From the NCBI GenBank assembly GCA_022824665.1, contig JAJDZL010000014.1:1-51676 (forward strand): DNA of 51,676 bases. Direction: 5' to 3'. The notes under the pieces are model-generated. The model saw nothing but the letters and a program-made list of their open reading frames with translations. It made no database searches and was not told where the DNA came from. Positions 18,214-27,343 of this stretch are shown here, in pieces. The stretch is from Gammaproteobacteria bacterium (GTDB lineage: Bacteria > Pseudomonadota > Gammaproteobacteria > Arenicellales > JAJDZL01). Each line of letters starts with the position of its first letter. Positions within the stretch are counted from its first letter, which is position 1. The translations under genes were made by a program, and so were the position numbers.

Positions 18214-19503
18214 TCAGAAATGGTAGCCGCGTTCATCGTGTGTTGAAACATCAAGGCCCTGCACCTCACTTTCGCTATCTACGCGTATACCGCCGGCCAA
18301 CAGTCCGGCCAGTTTGAGTGCGATGTAGGTGGCCACTACGGTGTATATAACGGTGGCTACAACTGCGATCATCTGTATGCCAATTTGGCTGCCGATCGAA
18401 TTTTCCATTCCCTGACCACTAAACACGCCAAGTTTGGCTGATGCGAAAATGCCGGTCAATATTGTGCCAATGATGCCGGCAACGCCGTGGACTGGAAAAA
18501 CATCCAGCGAGTCATCGAGCCGCAGCCGCTGTTTGATCAGTTGCACAGAAAAGTAACAGACTGGACCGGTTATGACGCCAATGATCAGGGCTCCCGCAGG
18601 ACCGACAAAGCCGGAGGCCGGGGTGATCGCAACCAGCCCGGCAACCATGCCGGTCGCTGCCGCGAGTGCAGTTGCTGACTTGCGAATGAGATACTCAGTT
18701 ACCACGAATGACAGCGCGGCCGACGCCGCACAAACATGGGTAACCAGCATTGCCATACTGGCGTCCTGATTGGCTGCCACTGCACTGCCGCCATTAAATC
18801 CGAACCAGCCGATCCAAAGCATGCCCGCGCCAATCATGGTGAGCGTCATGTTGTGCGGGAGCATTGCACCGCTTGGAAAGCCTTTACGATTACCCAGCAC
18901 CCACGCGCCAACGAGTGCTGAAACGCCTGCTGTGATATGAACGACATTGCCACCGGCAAAATCAAGAACTCCGAGTGAGCTCAGCCAGCCGCCGCCCCAG
19001 ACCCAGTGGGCAATCGGTGCGTAGACCAGCAGGATCCAAAGAATGGCAAAAATGACAACTGCACCAAACTTGATTCGTTCTGCAAATCCTCCCACAACCA
19101 GCGCGGCGGCAATGATCGCAAAGGTAGCCTGAAACAGCGCGAACGCAGACTCCGGTACGTTGCCGACCATACTTTCTTCGTACACACCGGCGAACAGGAA
19201 TTTTCCTAGCCCACCAATGACACCGTTGCCCAGATCGTCAAACGCCAGGGAGTAGCCTGCCACCAGCCAGACGATGCTGACAACGCAGGTGATCGTAAAG
19301 CACTGCATTAGAATTGACAGTACGTTTTTACTTCTGACGAGTCCGGCATAGAACAGCGAAAGACCGGGAATGGTCATCATGAGAACCAGAGCCGTTGATG
19401 TCATCAGCCAGGAGGTGTCACCGGAATTAAGTGCGCCTTCAGCACCGGCAGCTGGGCTAAAGGCAAGCAGCGCCAAGCTGCCCAATCTCAATTTGTTTTT
19501 CAT
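18214..19503 (-). CDS. amtB: Ammonium transporter
   Basis: 429-aa polytopic membrane ORF with a signal peptide and Amt-family motifs (e.g. DFAGGNVVHITAG). It lies immediately downstream of glnK. Confidence 0.9.
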   Translation of the reverse strand: MKNKLRLGSLALLAFSPAAGAEGALNSGDTSWLMTSTALVLMMTIPGLSLFYAGLVRSKNVLSILMQCFTITCVVSIVWLVAGYSLAFDDLGNGVIGGLGKFLFAGVYEESMVGNVPESAFALFQATFAIIAAALVVGGFAERIKFGAVVIFAILWILLVYAPIAHWVWGGGWLSSLGVLDFAGGNVVHITAGVSALVGAWVLGNRKGFPSGAMLPHNMTLTMIGAGMLWIGWFGFNGGSAVAANQDASMAMLVTHVCAASAALSFVVTEYLIRKSATALAAATGMVAGLVAITPASGFVGPAGALIIGVITGPVCYFSVQLIKQRLRLDDSLDVFPVHGVAGIIGTILTGIFASAKLGVFSGQGMENSIGSQIGIQMIAVVATVIYTVVATYIALKLAGLLAGGIRVDSESEVQGLDVSTHDERGYHF

Positions 19504-19523
19504 AGCGACACCTGGATGAATGT

Positions 19524-19889
<366 letters not shown>

Positions 19890-19900
19890 CTATATTTACA

Positions 19901-19915
19901 GCAATTTTTGTGCCA
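19901..19915 (-). promoter_or_regulatory. sigma54 (-24/-12) promoter of glnK-amtB
   Basis: The minus strand reads TGGCACAAAAATTGC, a perfect match to TGGCAC-N5-TTGC. It lies about 40 nt upstream of the glnK ATG, which has an AGGAGAG ribosome-binding site. Confidence 0.75.
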
Positions 19916-19953
19916 GCTAATTCTGGCTGAATTTAAGCAAATTCAAGAAAGAA

Positions 19954-19970
19954 TGCACCAAAATGGTGCA
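19954..19970. promoter_or_regulatory. NtrC (NRI) enhancer-binding palindrome
   Basis: TGCACCAAAATGGTGCA is a perfect TGCACC-N5-GGTGCA dyad about 45 nt upstream of the sigma54 element. Confidence 0.7.
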
Positions 19971-20204
19971 TGAAGAATGTAGTTTATGCGCGATTGGCGC
20001 GCGAGTAGGGCGAGAATTCTGTTGAGAACCGGGCTATGGCAAAGGCCAGGATTGTTATTGTGTGTCGAACAGTGATCAATATTGCTTGCGAATTAAGTGG
20101 ATGAGTTCAGCGCCGGCAGATTGTTTGTATATTCGATATCACCATTCGTGGTGTACACAGATATATTACGCAGTATCAGAAAGCATTAGAAAAGGAGTGC
20201 AGGA

Positions 20205-20852
20205 ATGACCCGACTTTCGAACCTGACAACACTGTCGCGCGTCGCCGCAAGAGCCAGGCGACACGCTACCACCACGATCGCCGCGGCTGTTGTGATCGTC
20301 ACATCCTTGGCAACCGGAAGCGCGGCGCAGGCACCTGCCGCAACCTCGCTCTACGCTGGTCAGGAAAACCGACCGATCAAGAGTCTGTCGGCTGAAGATC
20401 TCGCCGAACTGAGGCGGGGCGGTGGATGGGGGCTTGCCAGAGCAGCTGAACTTAACGGCATGCCGGGTCCCGCCCACCTGCTAGAACTAAAAAACCAAAT
20501 TCCCCTGACCGCCGACCAGATAATGGCCATCTCCGCTATCTTCGAGGGCATGCGGACGACCGCGATTGCGGAAGGGGAACGGCTTATTTCCGGCGAGGAA
20601 GCCTTGGAGACAGCTTTCCGCAACGGCAGTATTACCAACAAGTCTCTGCAAGAGTTGCTGTCGGACATCGGACAAGCAAGGATAGCATTGCGCTATGTGC
20701 ATCTGGCTGCGCATTTGAAGACGCTGCCGTTGCTCACTCATGACCAGATTGCGCGCTACAACGTCCTGCGCGGTTATTCTGATGACCCGTGCGCGAACCC
20801 GCCTAAGGGGCATGACGTCAACATGTGGCGGAAGCACAATGGATGCGATTGA
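20205..20852 (+). CDS. Periplasmic Spy/CpxP-family (LTXXQ-motif) protein
   Basis: 215-aa ORF with a signal-like N-terminus and two LTxxQ motifs (LTADQ, LTHDQ). AAAGGAG lies upstream of the ATG. The gene is markedly GC-rich relative to its neighbours. Confidence 0.6.
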   Translation: MTRLSNLTTLSRVAARARRHATTTIAAAVVIVTSLATGSAAQAPAATSLYAGQENRPIKSLSAEDLAELRRGGGWGLARAAELNGMPGPAHLLELKNQIPLTADQIMAISAIFEGMRTTAIAEGERLISGEEALETAFRNGSITNKSLQELLSDIGQARIALRYVHLAAHLKTLPLLTHDQIARYNVLRGYSDDPCANPPKGHDVNMWRKHNGCD

Positions 20853-20866
20853 CGTGGCTACCGGCA

Positions 20867-20876
20867 GGTTAAGCGC
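20867..20876 (+). repeat. Direct repeat GGTTAAGCGC, copy 1, flanking the methyltransferase gene
   Basis: This is an exact 10-mer shared with 21949-21958. An extended gapped match exists: GCTA..CCGG..C(A/T)GGTTAAGCGC. Confidence 0.5.
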
Positions 20877-20954
20877 CTCATCATTCGCCTTATTTTGGTT
20901 AGCTTGTGGATTATCTAAGATGGAGACGGTAATCTTTTATTCTCAGTGCAATAT

Positions 20955-21932
20955 TCAAACAGCATCAAGGAATTTCCTTGCCATTGAGAATTCCATTCTT
21001 CGTCGGTAAAATCCATCCGCTCGAATACCCTTGAATGGCGTCAGAAAAATATCTTGGGTATCTTTTCTGAACGCGTCGATTTGTCTATTGAGTTGTGGAA
21101 TCAGATCCGAGACATCACCAAAGTCTCCGCTGATTCTGGTTATGAAACGCGATGAAACCTTAATTGGATAGTCTTTGATTTCGTCAATTTGGCAAAATCG
21201 AATGGACGGACAACTTGTGTTATCAAATGAGATGAAACCTAACTTTCCGGTCGGGTCATTAAACCTGAAATTTTTGGATTGCTTGGGAGATGGAATCTTC
21301 GCTTGAAGATCTTCAAGTAAGCCAATAAACACGTCATCATTGAATATTTCTACAGCGCCATTTGGCGACTCTGTAAACAGTGCAAGACAAACCGGGTTTT
21401 CGGTTTCCGCAAATAACAGTTGATGCAGCAGGATATAGGACTTTAGTCTTTCTCTGAACAATCCGCTCTGCAGAAAACTTGCTGGCAGCAATGCGGCGAC
21501 ATATTTGCAGTGTGTCAGGCATAATTCCAGGCACAACTTGTACACATCATCATATCGCCCGGCCGGGAATGGCAATCCTCGCCGAGTCGCAGAGTTGCGT
21601 GCCAGCCACGGCGGATTGGTAATGCAAACGTCGTAGCCTCGGGGGAACGAATGAATCGTATCGCGCTGCTTGACGTCACGGTTCGCAGGGGTAATGTCGA
21701 ACGAAACAAACTCACGGCACCAGTCAACGTCCTGCAGTGATTTGATGATGTTGTTTGCACCGGCAAAGGGTTCCAGAACAGTTTGATTCGGTAAACCGGC
21801 AGCCGTTGCCCAATTTGTGAACGCGATCGAATCAAACGGGTTTTTATGCACCGTAAAATACTGCCCGCGTGATCGCTTGGTACGTTCGTGCAAGCCTAAT
21901 CCTCCACGAATAGATGGCGTATTGTCAGACAA
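20955..21932 (-). CDS. Orphan N6-adenine DNA methyltransferase (gamma-class motif order)
   Basis: 325-aa ORF with GQYFT (motif X), EPFAGAN (motif I), SFD (motif II) and NPPW (motif IV), followed by about 200 aa that could be a target-recognition domain. The start is TTG with a TAG stop two codons upstream. No nuclease gene is adjacent. Confidence 0.75.
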   Translation of the reverse strand: MSDNTPSIRGGLGLHERTKRSRGQYFTVHKNPFDSIAFTNWATAAGLPNQTVLEPFAGANNIIKSLQDVDWCREFVSFDITPANRDVKQRDTIHSFPRGYDVCITNPPWLARNSATRRGLPFPAGRYDDVYKLCLELCLTHCKYVAALLPASFLQSGLFRERLKSYILLHQLLFAETENPVCLALFTESPNGAVEIFNDDVFIGLLEDLQAKIPSPKQSKNFRFNDPTGKLGFISFDNTSCPSIRFCQIDEIKDYPIKVSSRFITRISGDFGDVSDLIPQLNRQIDAFRKDTQDIFLTPFKGIRADGFYRRRMEFSMARKFLDAV

Positions 21933-21948
21933 ACGCTAAGCCGGGTCT

Positions 21949-21958
21949 GGTTAAGCGC
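21949..21958 (+). repeat. Direct repeat GGTTAAGCGC, copy 2, flanking the methyltransferase gene
   Basis: This is an exact 10-mer shared with 20867-20876. It lies 17 nt upstream of the methyltransferase start. Confidence 0.5.
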
Positions 21959-22041
21959 GTCTGGATCTGTTAGAGTTTTTGACATTAAACTCAAGCCATT
22001 CAAATTGGCGATGTCGACGTTCTTCGGCGTTTTGTAGCAAC

Positions 22042-22860
22042 TCAAACTGAGCGCAAGAAACTCATCAGTGACCGGTTGAAGTCTTGAGACTTTTCAACGT
22101 TCGACAAATGCGCTGCCCCTTTGATGACTTCCATGCTTGAACCGGAAATCTGTTCGTGCATCACTCGGGACTCAGCAGCAGGTGTCGCCAAATCCTGATC
22201 ACCTGCAATGATGTGAGTCGGCATGTCGATACGGCTTAGCTGATCAACATAGTTCAAATTGTAAATTGCGTGGCAGCACCCTACGTAGCCATAAACCGGT
22301 GTCGCGAGAAACTGATCACGAATCTCAAGATACGCACTTGGCTCACCTGCCCGGTAGCTTTCAGTAAACCATCGCTCCATGGCAAAGTCAACCAGATGCT
22401 GCATGCCGAATCGTTCACCCGACCTGATCCGGCTACGCCACATTTCCCTGGTATCTTCGCGAACGACCGACATTGTGTTGCACAATACCAGGCTTTTCAG
22501 CCGCGCCGGTGCCTTGAGTGCGAGACCCTGCCCGATCATACCGCCCATCGAGAGCCCGACCCAATGCACCTGCTCGATTTCGAGTGCGTCGAGCATCGAA
22601 ATCGCATCGCTGACCAAAAGATCCATGGAATAGGACCCCGGCGGTGCATCAGATCCACCATGGCCGCGGGTGTCATAACGCAATACCCGGTAATTGTCGC
22701 TCAGCAGTTTGATTTGCGGATTCCACATGATTGAACTGGAGCCCAGCGAGTGGCCGAGGACAATCACATCACCGGCCGGATTGCCACTCAGTTCGTATTG
22801 GACAAGGATGTCATTTGTGCTGATTTTCATTCCGTTCACTGTCAATTTCTGAGAAAACAT
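22042..22860 (-). CDS. Alpha/beta hydrolase (3-oxoadipate enol-lactonase-like)
   Basis: 272-aa ORF with HG motif LGHSLGSS and nucleophile elbow GLSMGG. The start may instead be at 22830 (MKIST). Confidence 0.75.
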   Translation of the reverse strand: MFSQKLTVNGMKISTNDILVQYELSGNPAGDVIVLGHSLGSSSIMWNPQIKLLSDNYRVLRYDTRGHGGSDAPPGSYSMDLLVSDAISMLDALEIEQVHWVGLSMGGMIGQGLALKAPARLKSLVLCNTMSVVREDTREMWRSRIRSGERFGMQHLVDFAMERWFTESYRAGEPSAYLEIRDQFLATPVYGYVGCCHAIYNLNYVDQLSRIDMPTHIIAGDQDLATPAAESRVMHEQISGSSMEVIKGAAHLSNVEKSQDFNRSLMSFLRSV

Positions 22861-23323
22861 AGAGTTGGTGGTAAAGGCGTTGATCTTCGTCGTTTTGCAG
22901 TTTGGGCTGAGCGCACCAGTGCGTCCAGTCTATCGCCGGAAATCGGATTGAGTTCTTGTGATCAATGGTATCGGGGACATGGGTAACATCTATTGAGTCG
23001 CAGTAGTCAATGGCTTCCCTGTAGAGTTCAGCACCACCAATAAACCATATATTGTCATGCTGTGCGCTCCGAATTGCTTGCTCCAGCGAGGCACAATGGT
23101 CGGTTTTGGGGCGACTGGTTCGGGTAACCACAATATTTTGCCGTTCCGGCAGCGGGCGGTTTGGTAAAGACTCCCAGGTTTTGCGGCCCATGATAACGGT
23201 TGAGCCCAAAGTCAACCGTTTGAACCGTTTCAAGTCGGCGGAGTAGTGCCAGGGAATGGTGCCGTCCAGTCCAATGACCCCATCGACAGTCATTGCAACA
23301 ATAATTGTCCCGCGGCGTTTCAC
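22811..23323 (-). CDS. folA: Dihydrofolate reductase
   Basis: 170-aa ORF with IVAMTVDGVIGLDGTIPW, LKRFKRLT and VIMGRKTWESLP motifs. It lies directly downstream of thyA. Confidence 0.9.
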   Translation of the reverse strand: MKRRGTIIVAMTVDGVIGLDGTIPWHYSADLKRFKRLTLGSTVIMGRKTWESLPNRPLPERQNIVVTRTSRPKTDHCASLEQAIRSAQHDNIWFIGGAELYREAIDYCDSIDVTHVPDTIDHKNSIRFPAIDWTHWCAQPKLQNDEDQRLYHQLYVFSEIDSERNENQHK

Positions 23324-23333
23324 TGATTCGCGT

Positions 23334-24212
23334 TCAGACCGCTACGCGGAATTTGATTGCATCATGGGGCGTGTAGTCTGCTATGCGAAATGTGTCGAGT
23401 ATCTGGTCAGTCGTTGCATCCAGAATCTCATCAATATCCTCCAGCGACTGAATCGATTCGGAAATAGTCAAGCGGGGCAGCGTACGCGGTTGACGTTGAA
23501 TCTGTTCAAGCAGACCAGGTACATGATCGAATTCCGCATCTGAGCCATCGGGCTTACAGGTGTAGACGTGCGCGTCAACCAGAGTGTGTGCAAATACGCC
23601 AGCCTGAAGTCCGGTCAGGTGGGCAAACAGTTCCAGAATGAGCGCGTAACCGGCGATGTTGTACGGTACACCAAGTGCAACATCGGCGCTTCGCTGCGTC
23701 AGGTGCAGACACAATACCGGTTCGCCCGCATCGTTGTTTTGAACATTCATGACCCAGAATGCATGACAGGGCGGTAGAAAACTGTTTTGTGCATTGGACG
23801 GTGCCCAGGCTGAAACGACATGTCTGCGGCTCATGGGATTCGTTTTGATTTGATCCAGAACCCAGGCAATCTGATCATTGGCGCAGGAATTTGAACCGTC
23901 GGTTACCGGAAAAGAACGCCAGAAGTTTCCGTAGGCACTTGGTACGTAGCCTTCTTCATCTGCCCAGGGATCCCAGAATTTACAGTTATGCTTGCGCAAA
24001 AGTTCAATGTTGGTACTGCCAGACAAGAACCACAGGTTTTCAATGACGATGTTCTTCCAGGAAATCTCCTTGGTCGTTAATAGTGGAAAACCATCCTGAA
24101 GGTCGATCTGATAGTTGTAGTTGAACGTTGACAGGGTATCAACGCCGGTGCGATTTTCTTTGCGCCGGCCATATTCCAGCACGTGTCGTACGACGTCCAG
24201 ATACTGTTTCAT
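23334..24212 (-). CDS. thyA: Thymidylate synthase
   Basis: 292-aa ORF starting MKQYLDVVRHVLEYG, with RTGVDTLS and the PPCHAF active-site Cys. Confidence 0.92.
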   Translation of the reverse strand: MKQYLDVVRHVLEYGRRKENRTGVDTLSTFNYNYQIDLQDGFPLLTTKEISWKNIVIENLWFLSGSTNIELLRKHNCKFWDPWADEEGYVPSAYGNFWRSFPVTDGSNSCANDQIAWVLDQIKTNPMSRRHVVSAWAPSNAQNSFLPPCHAFWVMNVQNNDAGEPVLCLHLTQRSADVALGVPYNIAGYALILELFAHLTGLQAGVFAHTLVDAHVYTCKPDGSDAEFDHVPGLLEQIQRQPRTLPRLTISESIQSLEDIDEILDATTDQILDTFRIADYTPHDAIKFRVAV

Positions 24213-24347
24213 CGCTGCTCAATGGCTAAGTGGCGAAATTGCATATTCACGTACACCAAAGCAGGAGAAGCGATACTTACCTCTTCGCCGAGTACGACAA
24301 AGTCCGGGCAAAAGCGAGAATTGGGTCGATCACATCAGGTGCCGCGC

Positions 24348-25700
24348 TCAGCCCTTGGATGATGCCGGTTTGAAGTACTCTTCAAGAATCTTGCGAGCCA
24401 GATAAGCCGGCTTCACCCGCCATTTTTCTTTACTCACGGTGACGGTCGCGATTGCAAGTTTGTCGTCACCTGAATCGCCGTAGCCGACAAACCATTCGGT
24501 TTTCCCCTTTGGATTTTCGCCCGTAAGCGTACCGGTCTTTCCTCCAACATCAAGGTCAGCATAAGTGCCTTTGAAAAATTTGCGAAAGTGTTTGCGGGCG
24601 GAGCCGCGTTTTACGGTGGCCCTCATCAATACTCGCAAGTCGTCTGCGGTGTCCTTATCCAACACCTCAATAGAGCTTGGCTCGGACTGATAGAGCAGCG
24701 GACCGGCAGCATCAACGGCAAAGTCAACCAGATTGGGTTCAACCATAACGCCATCATTCGCAATGATTGCCGGCAGCAATGCTGCGTGTATCGGAGATAT
24801 TGTCGTGTCGCGCGTGTAGCCGGAGGCTGCCTCAGCAATTGACCATTCATCGTCGGAGCTGAAGCCGGTTTTGCTGGGTTCGATTGTAATGTCAACAGGA
24901 ACCGGCTGGTTAAATCCGAACCGGTCAGCATAGGTCTGTAATTTTTCGGCACCGACGTCAAATACACCAATGCGGCCAAAAACAGTATTGATAGAAAGCG
25001 CAAATGCGCGCGTCAATGATGTATTTCGGGTCCACTTATTGGTCTTGTGTCGAAGCACATTGGACTTGTATAAAGAGGTGTCTTTTCCGTTATACAAATA
25101 TGTGGAACTCGGCTTTGCAATGCCGGAATCGATTGCTGCGGCTGCCGTAACAATCTTGAATACCGAAGCGGCCGGAAACCCGGAATGAACTGTCATGTTT
25201 TGTTCATCGCTGCTGGCGCGAACGTAACTCGACATGGCCAAAATTCGACCCGTATGGGGCTGCATTGCGACAATCGCTGTGTAGTCGGGTTTGTAGCGCA
25301 GAATCAACTCGTCAATATACTTGTTCAACTCCGGTTCAATGTTGTAATGCACAATGGCATCAAAGTCATAATCGTCGGCCATCAGCCTGACAAAACTTGG
25401 ATATTCATTCGTGAGAACATCGTTGGTGATCGATTGCGCAATGTGGTGCTTTTCAATGCCCCAAACCTGTTCGTGGGTACGGCTCGTCTCAACCGGTGAT
25501 TCGGGGTAAAACTGAAACGCGATAAAAACCACAACAGCCAAGGTTGCCTTGAAAAACCATGAGAGTAGCTTGGCGAGAAAGAACCGAGTCTCAGCTTTTC
25601 TTCTGTTGTTCTCAAACTGTGAAGAAACGCCCTGCTGGCGGCGCGCTCGGCTGTTTTTTCTCAACAACCCAGATGAGTGAGAATTGTCTCTACGCGGCAT
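24348..25700 (-). CDS. Membrane-anchored penicillin-binding transpeptidase-domain protein
   Basis: 450-aa ORF with an N-terminal TM helix, SxxK (SVFK), SxN (SIN) and KTG (KTGT) motifs. Confidence 0.75.
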   Translation of the reverse strand: MPRRDNSHSSGLLRKNSRARRQQGVSSQFENNRRKAETRFFLAKLLSWFFKATLAVVVFIAFQFYPESPVETSRTHEQVWGIEKHHIAQSITNDVLTNEYPSFVRLMADDYDFDAIVHYNIEPELNKYIDELILRYKPDYTAIVAMQPHTGRILAMSSYVRASSDEQNMTVHSGFPAASVFKIVTAAAAIDSGIAKPSSTYLYNGKDTSLYKSNVLRHKTNKWTRNTSLTRAFALSINTVFGRIGVFDVGAEKLQTYADRFGFNQPVPVDITIEPSKTGFSSDDEWSIAEAASGYTRDTTISPIHAALLPAIIANDGVMVEPNLVDFAVDAAGPLLYQSEPSSIEVLDKDTADDLRVLMRATVKRGSARKHFRKFFKGTYADLDVGGKTGTLTGENPKGKTEWFVGYGDSGDDKLAIATVTVSKEKWRVKPAYLARKILEEYFKPASSKG

Positions 25701-25771
25701 TTAGAATACTGGATTGATTGAATCGAACATTACTCCTTGAAGTCTAGTGTAATGTTTTCCCACTTTAAATT

Positions 25772-26671
25772 TTACTTTGAGAAGTTTACTTGTTCAACTG
25801 TAAATTTTACCTTGCCATCCGAAAAATCAGCCACGATGAAGCCGGTCTCGGGACGGCAGCTGGAATTGGCATCGCGATCGTCTGGCCAAACAGCATCCAA
25901 GATATTGTAAATATGGGAGTTTTCGACAATACGAAGCGGTAGATTCGTGCCTGAATAGGCGCGCGCAAGTGCATAGCTTACGCGTGAGCTCATTTGGCGA
26001 TCGATCAGACAGTCGTCGTCACACGGTTGCGGATGCCAGGTCGACTGGTGTGCTTGCTGCGGGTAGCTTACCCAATTCGCGGGCGCTGTATTCAAGAGCG
26101 TTTCCAGGCCGGCAATCGCGCCTTCAATCAACATTGATTCAATCTCGCAGAGCCGCATGTCGACATGGTAGGGCAGTGCTTCGAACATGAGAATGGCACC
26201 GCCATCGATGTGTTCGGACACCTCGTGAAGTGTAACCCCGGTTTGAGTTTCACCAAACCGCAACTGCCAGAAAATGGGATTGGCCCCTTTGTATCCGGGC
26301 AGCTTTGACGGGTGAATATTGATACAGCGAAGTCTCGCAAGCTGAACGATAGAGCGCGGCAGTTTACGCGGGTAACATGACAATAAAAACAAGTCTGCTG
26401 GCAGATCACGCAGAAATTGTGCAAGCCGGTCTTCATCGCCTTCGGAAAAGTAAATTGAAAGGCCCTGCTGATTGCAAAGCTCAAAGATTTGGTGCTGCGT
26501 GGAACGAAATATGACATCATCTTTGCCGGCTGACTGCAACTCGGCAGGTGAATAGGCATCGAGAACGACTGCCAATAGCCGAAATTTTCGTTCGACCAGG
26601 TTTGCCAGCGTGAAATATGTGAACTGACTCAGTGAGCCAAAAAGAACGATGCTTGTATCACAGATCGCCAT
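25772..26671 (-). CDS. Formyltransferase family protein (Fmt-like, non-canonical N-terminus)
   Basis: 299-aa ORF with INIHPSKLPGYKGANP (Asn/His) and HIDGGAIL (Asp) catalytic-triad motifs. Confidence 0.7.
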   Translation of the reverse strand: MAICDTSIVLFGSLSQFTYFTLANLVERKFRLLAVVLDAYSPAELQSAGKDDVIFRSTQHQIFELCNQQGLSIYFSEGDEDRLAQFLRDLPADLFLLSCYPRKLPRSIVQLARLRCINIHPSKLPGYKGANPIFWQLRFGETQTGVTLHEVSEHIDGGAILMFEALPYHVDMRLCEIESMLIEGAIAGLETLLNTAPANWVSYPQQAHQSTWHPQPCDDDCLIDRQMSSRVSYALARAYSGTNLPLRIVENSHIYNILDAVWPDDRDANSSCRPETGFIVADFSDGKVKFTVEQVNFSK

Positions 26672-26684
26672 TGTCCATTGTTTA

Positions 26685-27320
26685 TCAGTTCAGAAACGGC
26701 ACCCTCATGCCGCGCTGTACTGCCGGCCGTTCAGACAGTGCATCAAACCACCGTTTGACGTTTGGGTAGGTGTTAAGATCAATTTCCTGCCACTCAAAGC
26801 GCGCGGCCCACGGATAAATTGCCATGTCAGCAATGGAATAGTCCCCGGCAACAAATTCATGCTCGGCAAAGCGTTTGTCCAGCACCTTGTAGACCTGGTC
26901 TGCGATCGTATCAAAACGGTTAATGGCGTACGGGACGGGCTGCTTGGCAAACCTGCGAAAATGGTGGAGCTGACCCAATGGAGGTCCAAAATTGCCAATT
27001 TGCCACATCAGCCACTGCATGATGACTGACTGCCCGGTTGAATCGGCACTCCAAAACTGGCCTGTTTTTTGCGCCAGATGAATCAGAATCGCACCTGACT
27101 CAAAAATAGACAGCGGTTTGCCGTGATCGCCAACGGGGTCGACAATCGCGGGAATTTTATTGCCAGGACTGATCAGGAGAAACGACTCGGCGAACTGTTC
27201 GCCCTTGGTGAAGTTGACCGTGTGAACGTCGTAGTCAAGGTTCATCTCTTCCAAAGCAATCGAGATTTTGCGCCCGTTCGGGGTCCCCCATGTGTAAAGC
27301 TGTATGTTTGTATCAGACAT
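26685..27320 (-). CDS. Glutathione S-transferase (YfcG-like)
   Basis: 211-aa ORF. The N-terminus (LYTWGTPNGRKISIALEE..ISPGNKIPAIVD) closely parallels E. coli YfcG by eye. Confidence 0.8.
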   Translation of the reverse strand: MSDTNIQLYTWGTPNGRKISIALEEMNLDYDVHTVNFTKGEQFAESFLLISPGNKIPAIVDPVGDHGKPLSIFESGAILIHLAQKTGQFWSADSTGQSVIMQWLMWQIGNFGPPLGQLHHFRRFAKQPVPYAINRFDTIADQVYKVLDKRFAEHEFVAGDYSIADMAIYPWAARFEWQEIDLNTYPNVKRWFDALSERPAVQRGMRVPFLN

Positions 27321-27343
27321 TGATGATGGCCTCGCATGGATGA

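Noticed and set aside
22811-22860. A 50-nt overlap between the 3-prime end of folA and the annotated start of the downstream alpha/beta hydrolase.
   Set aside because: This is probably a start-site artefact, since an internal ATG at 22830 reduces the overlap to 20 nt. Short same-strand overlaps are common and not informative on their own.
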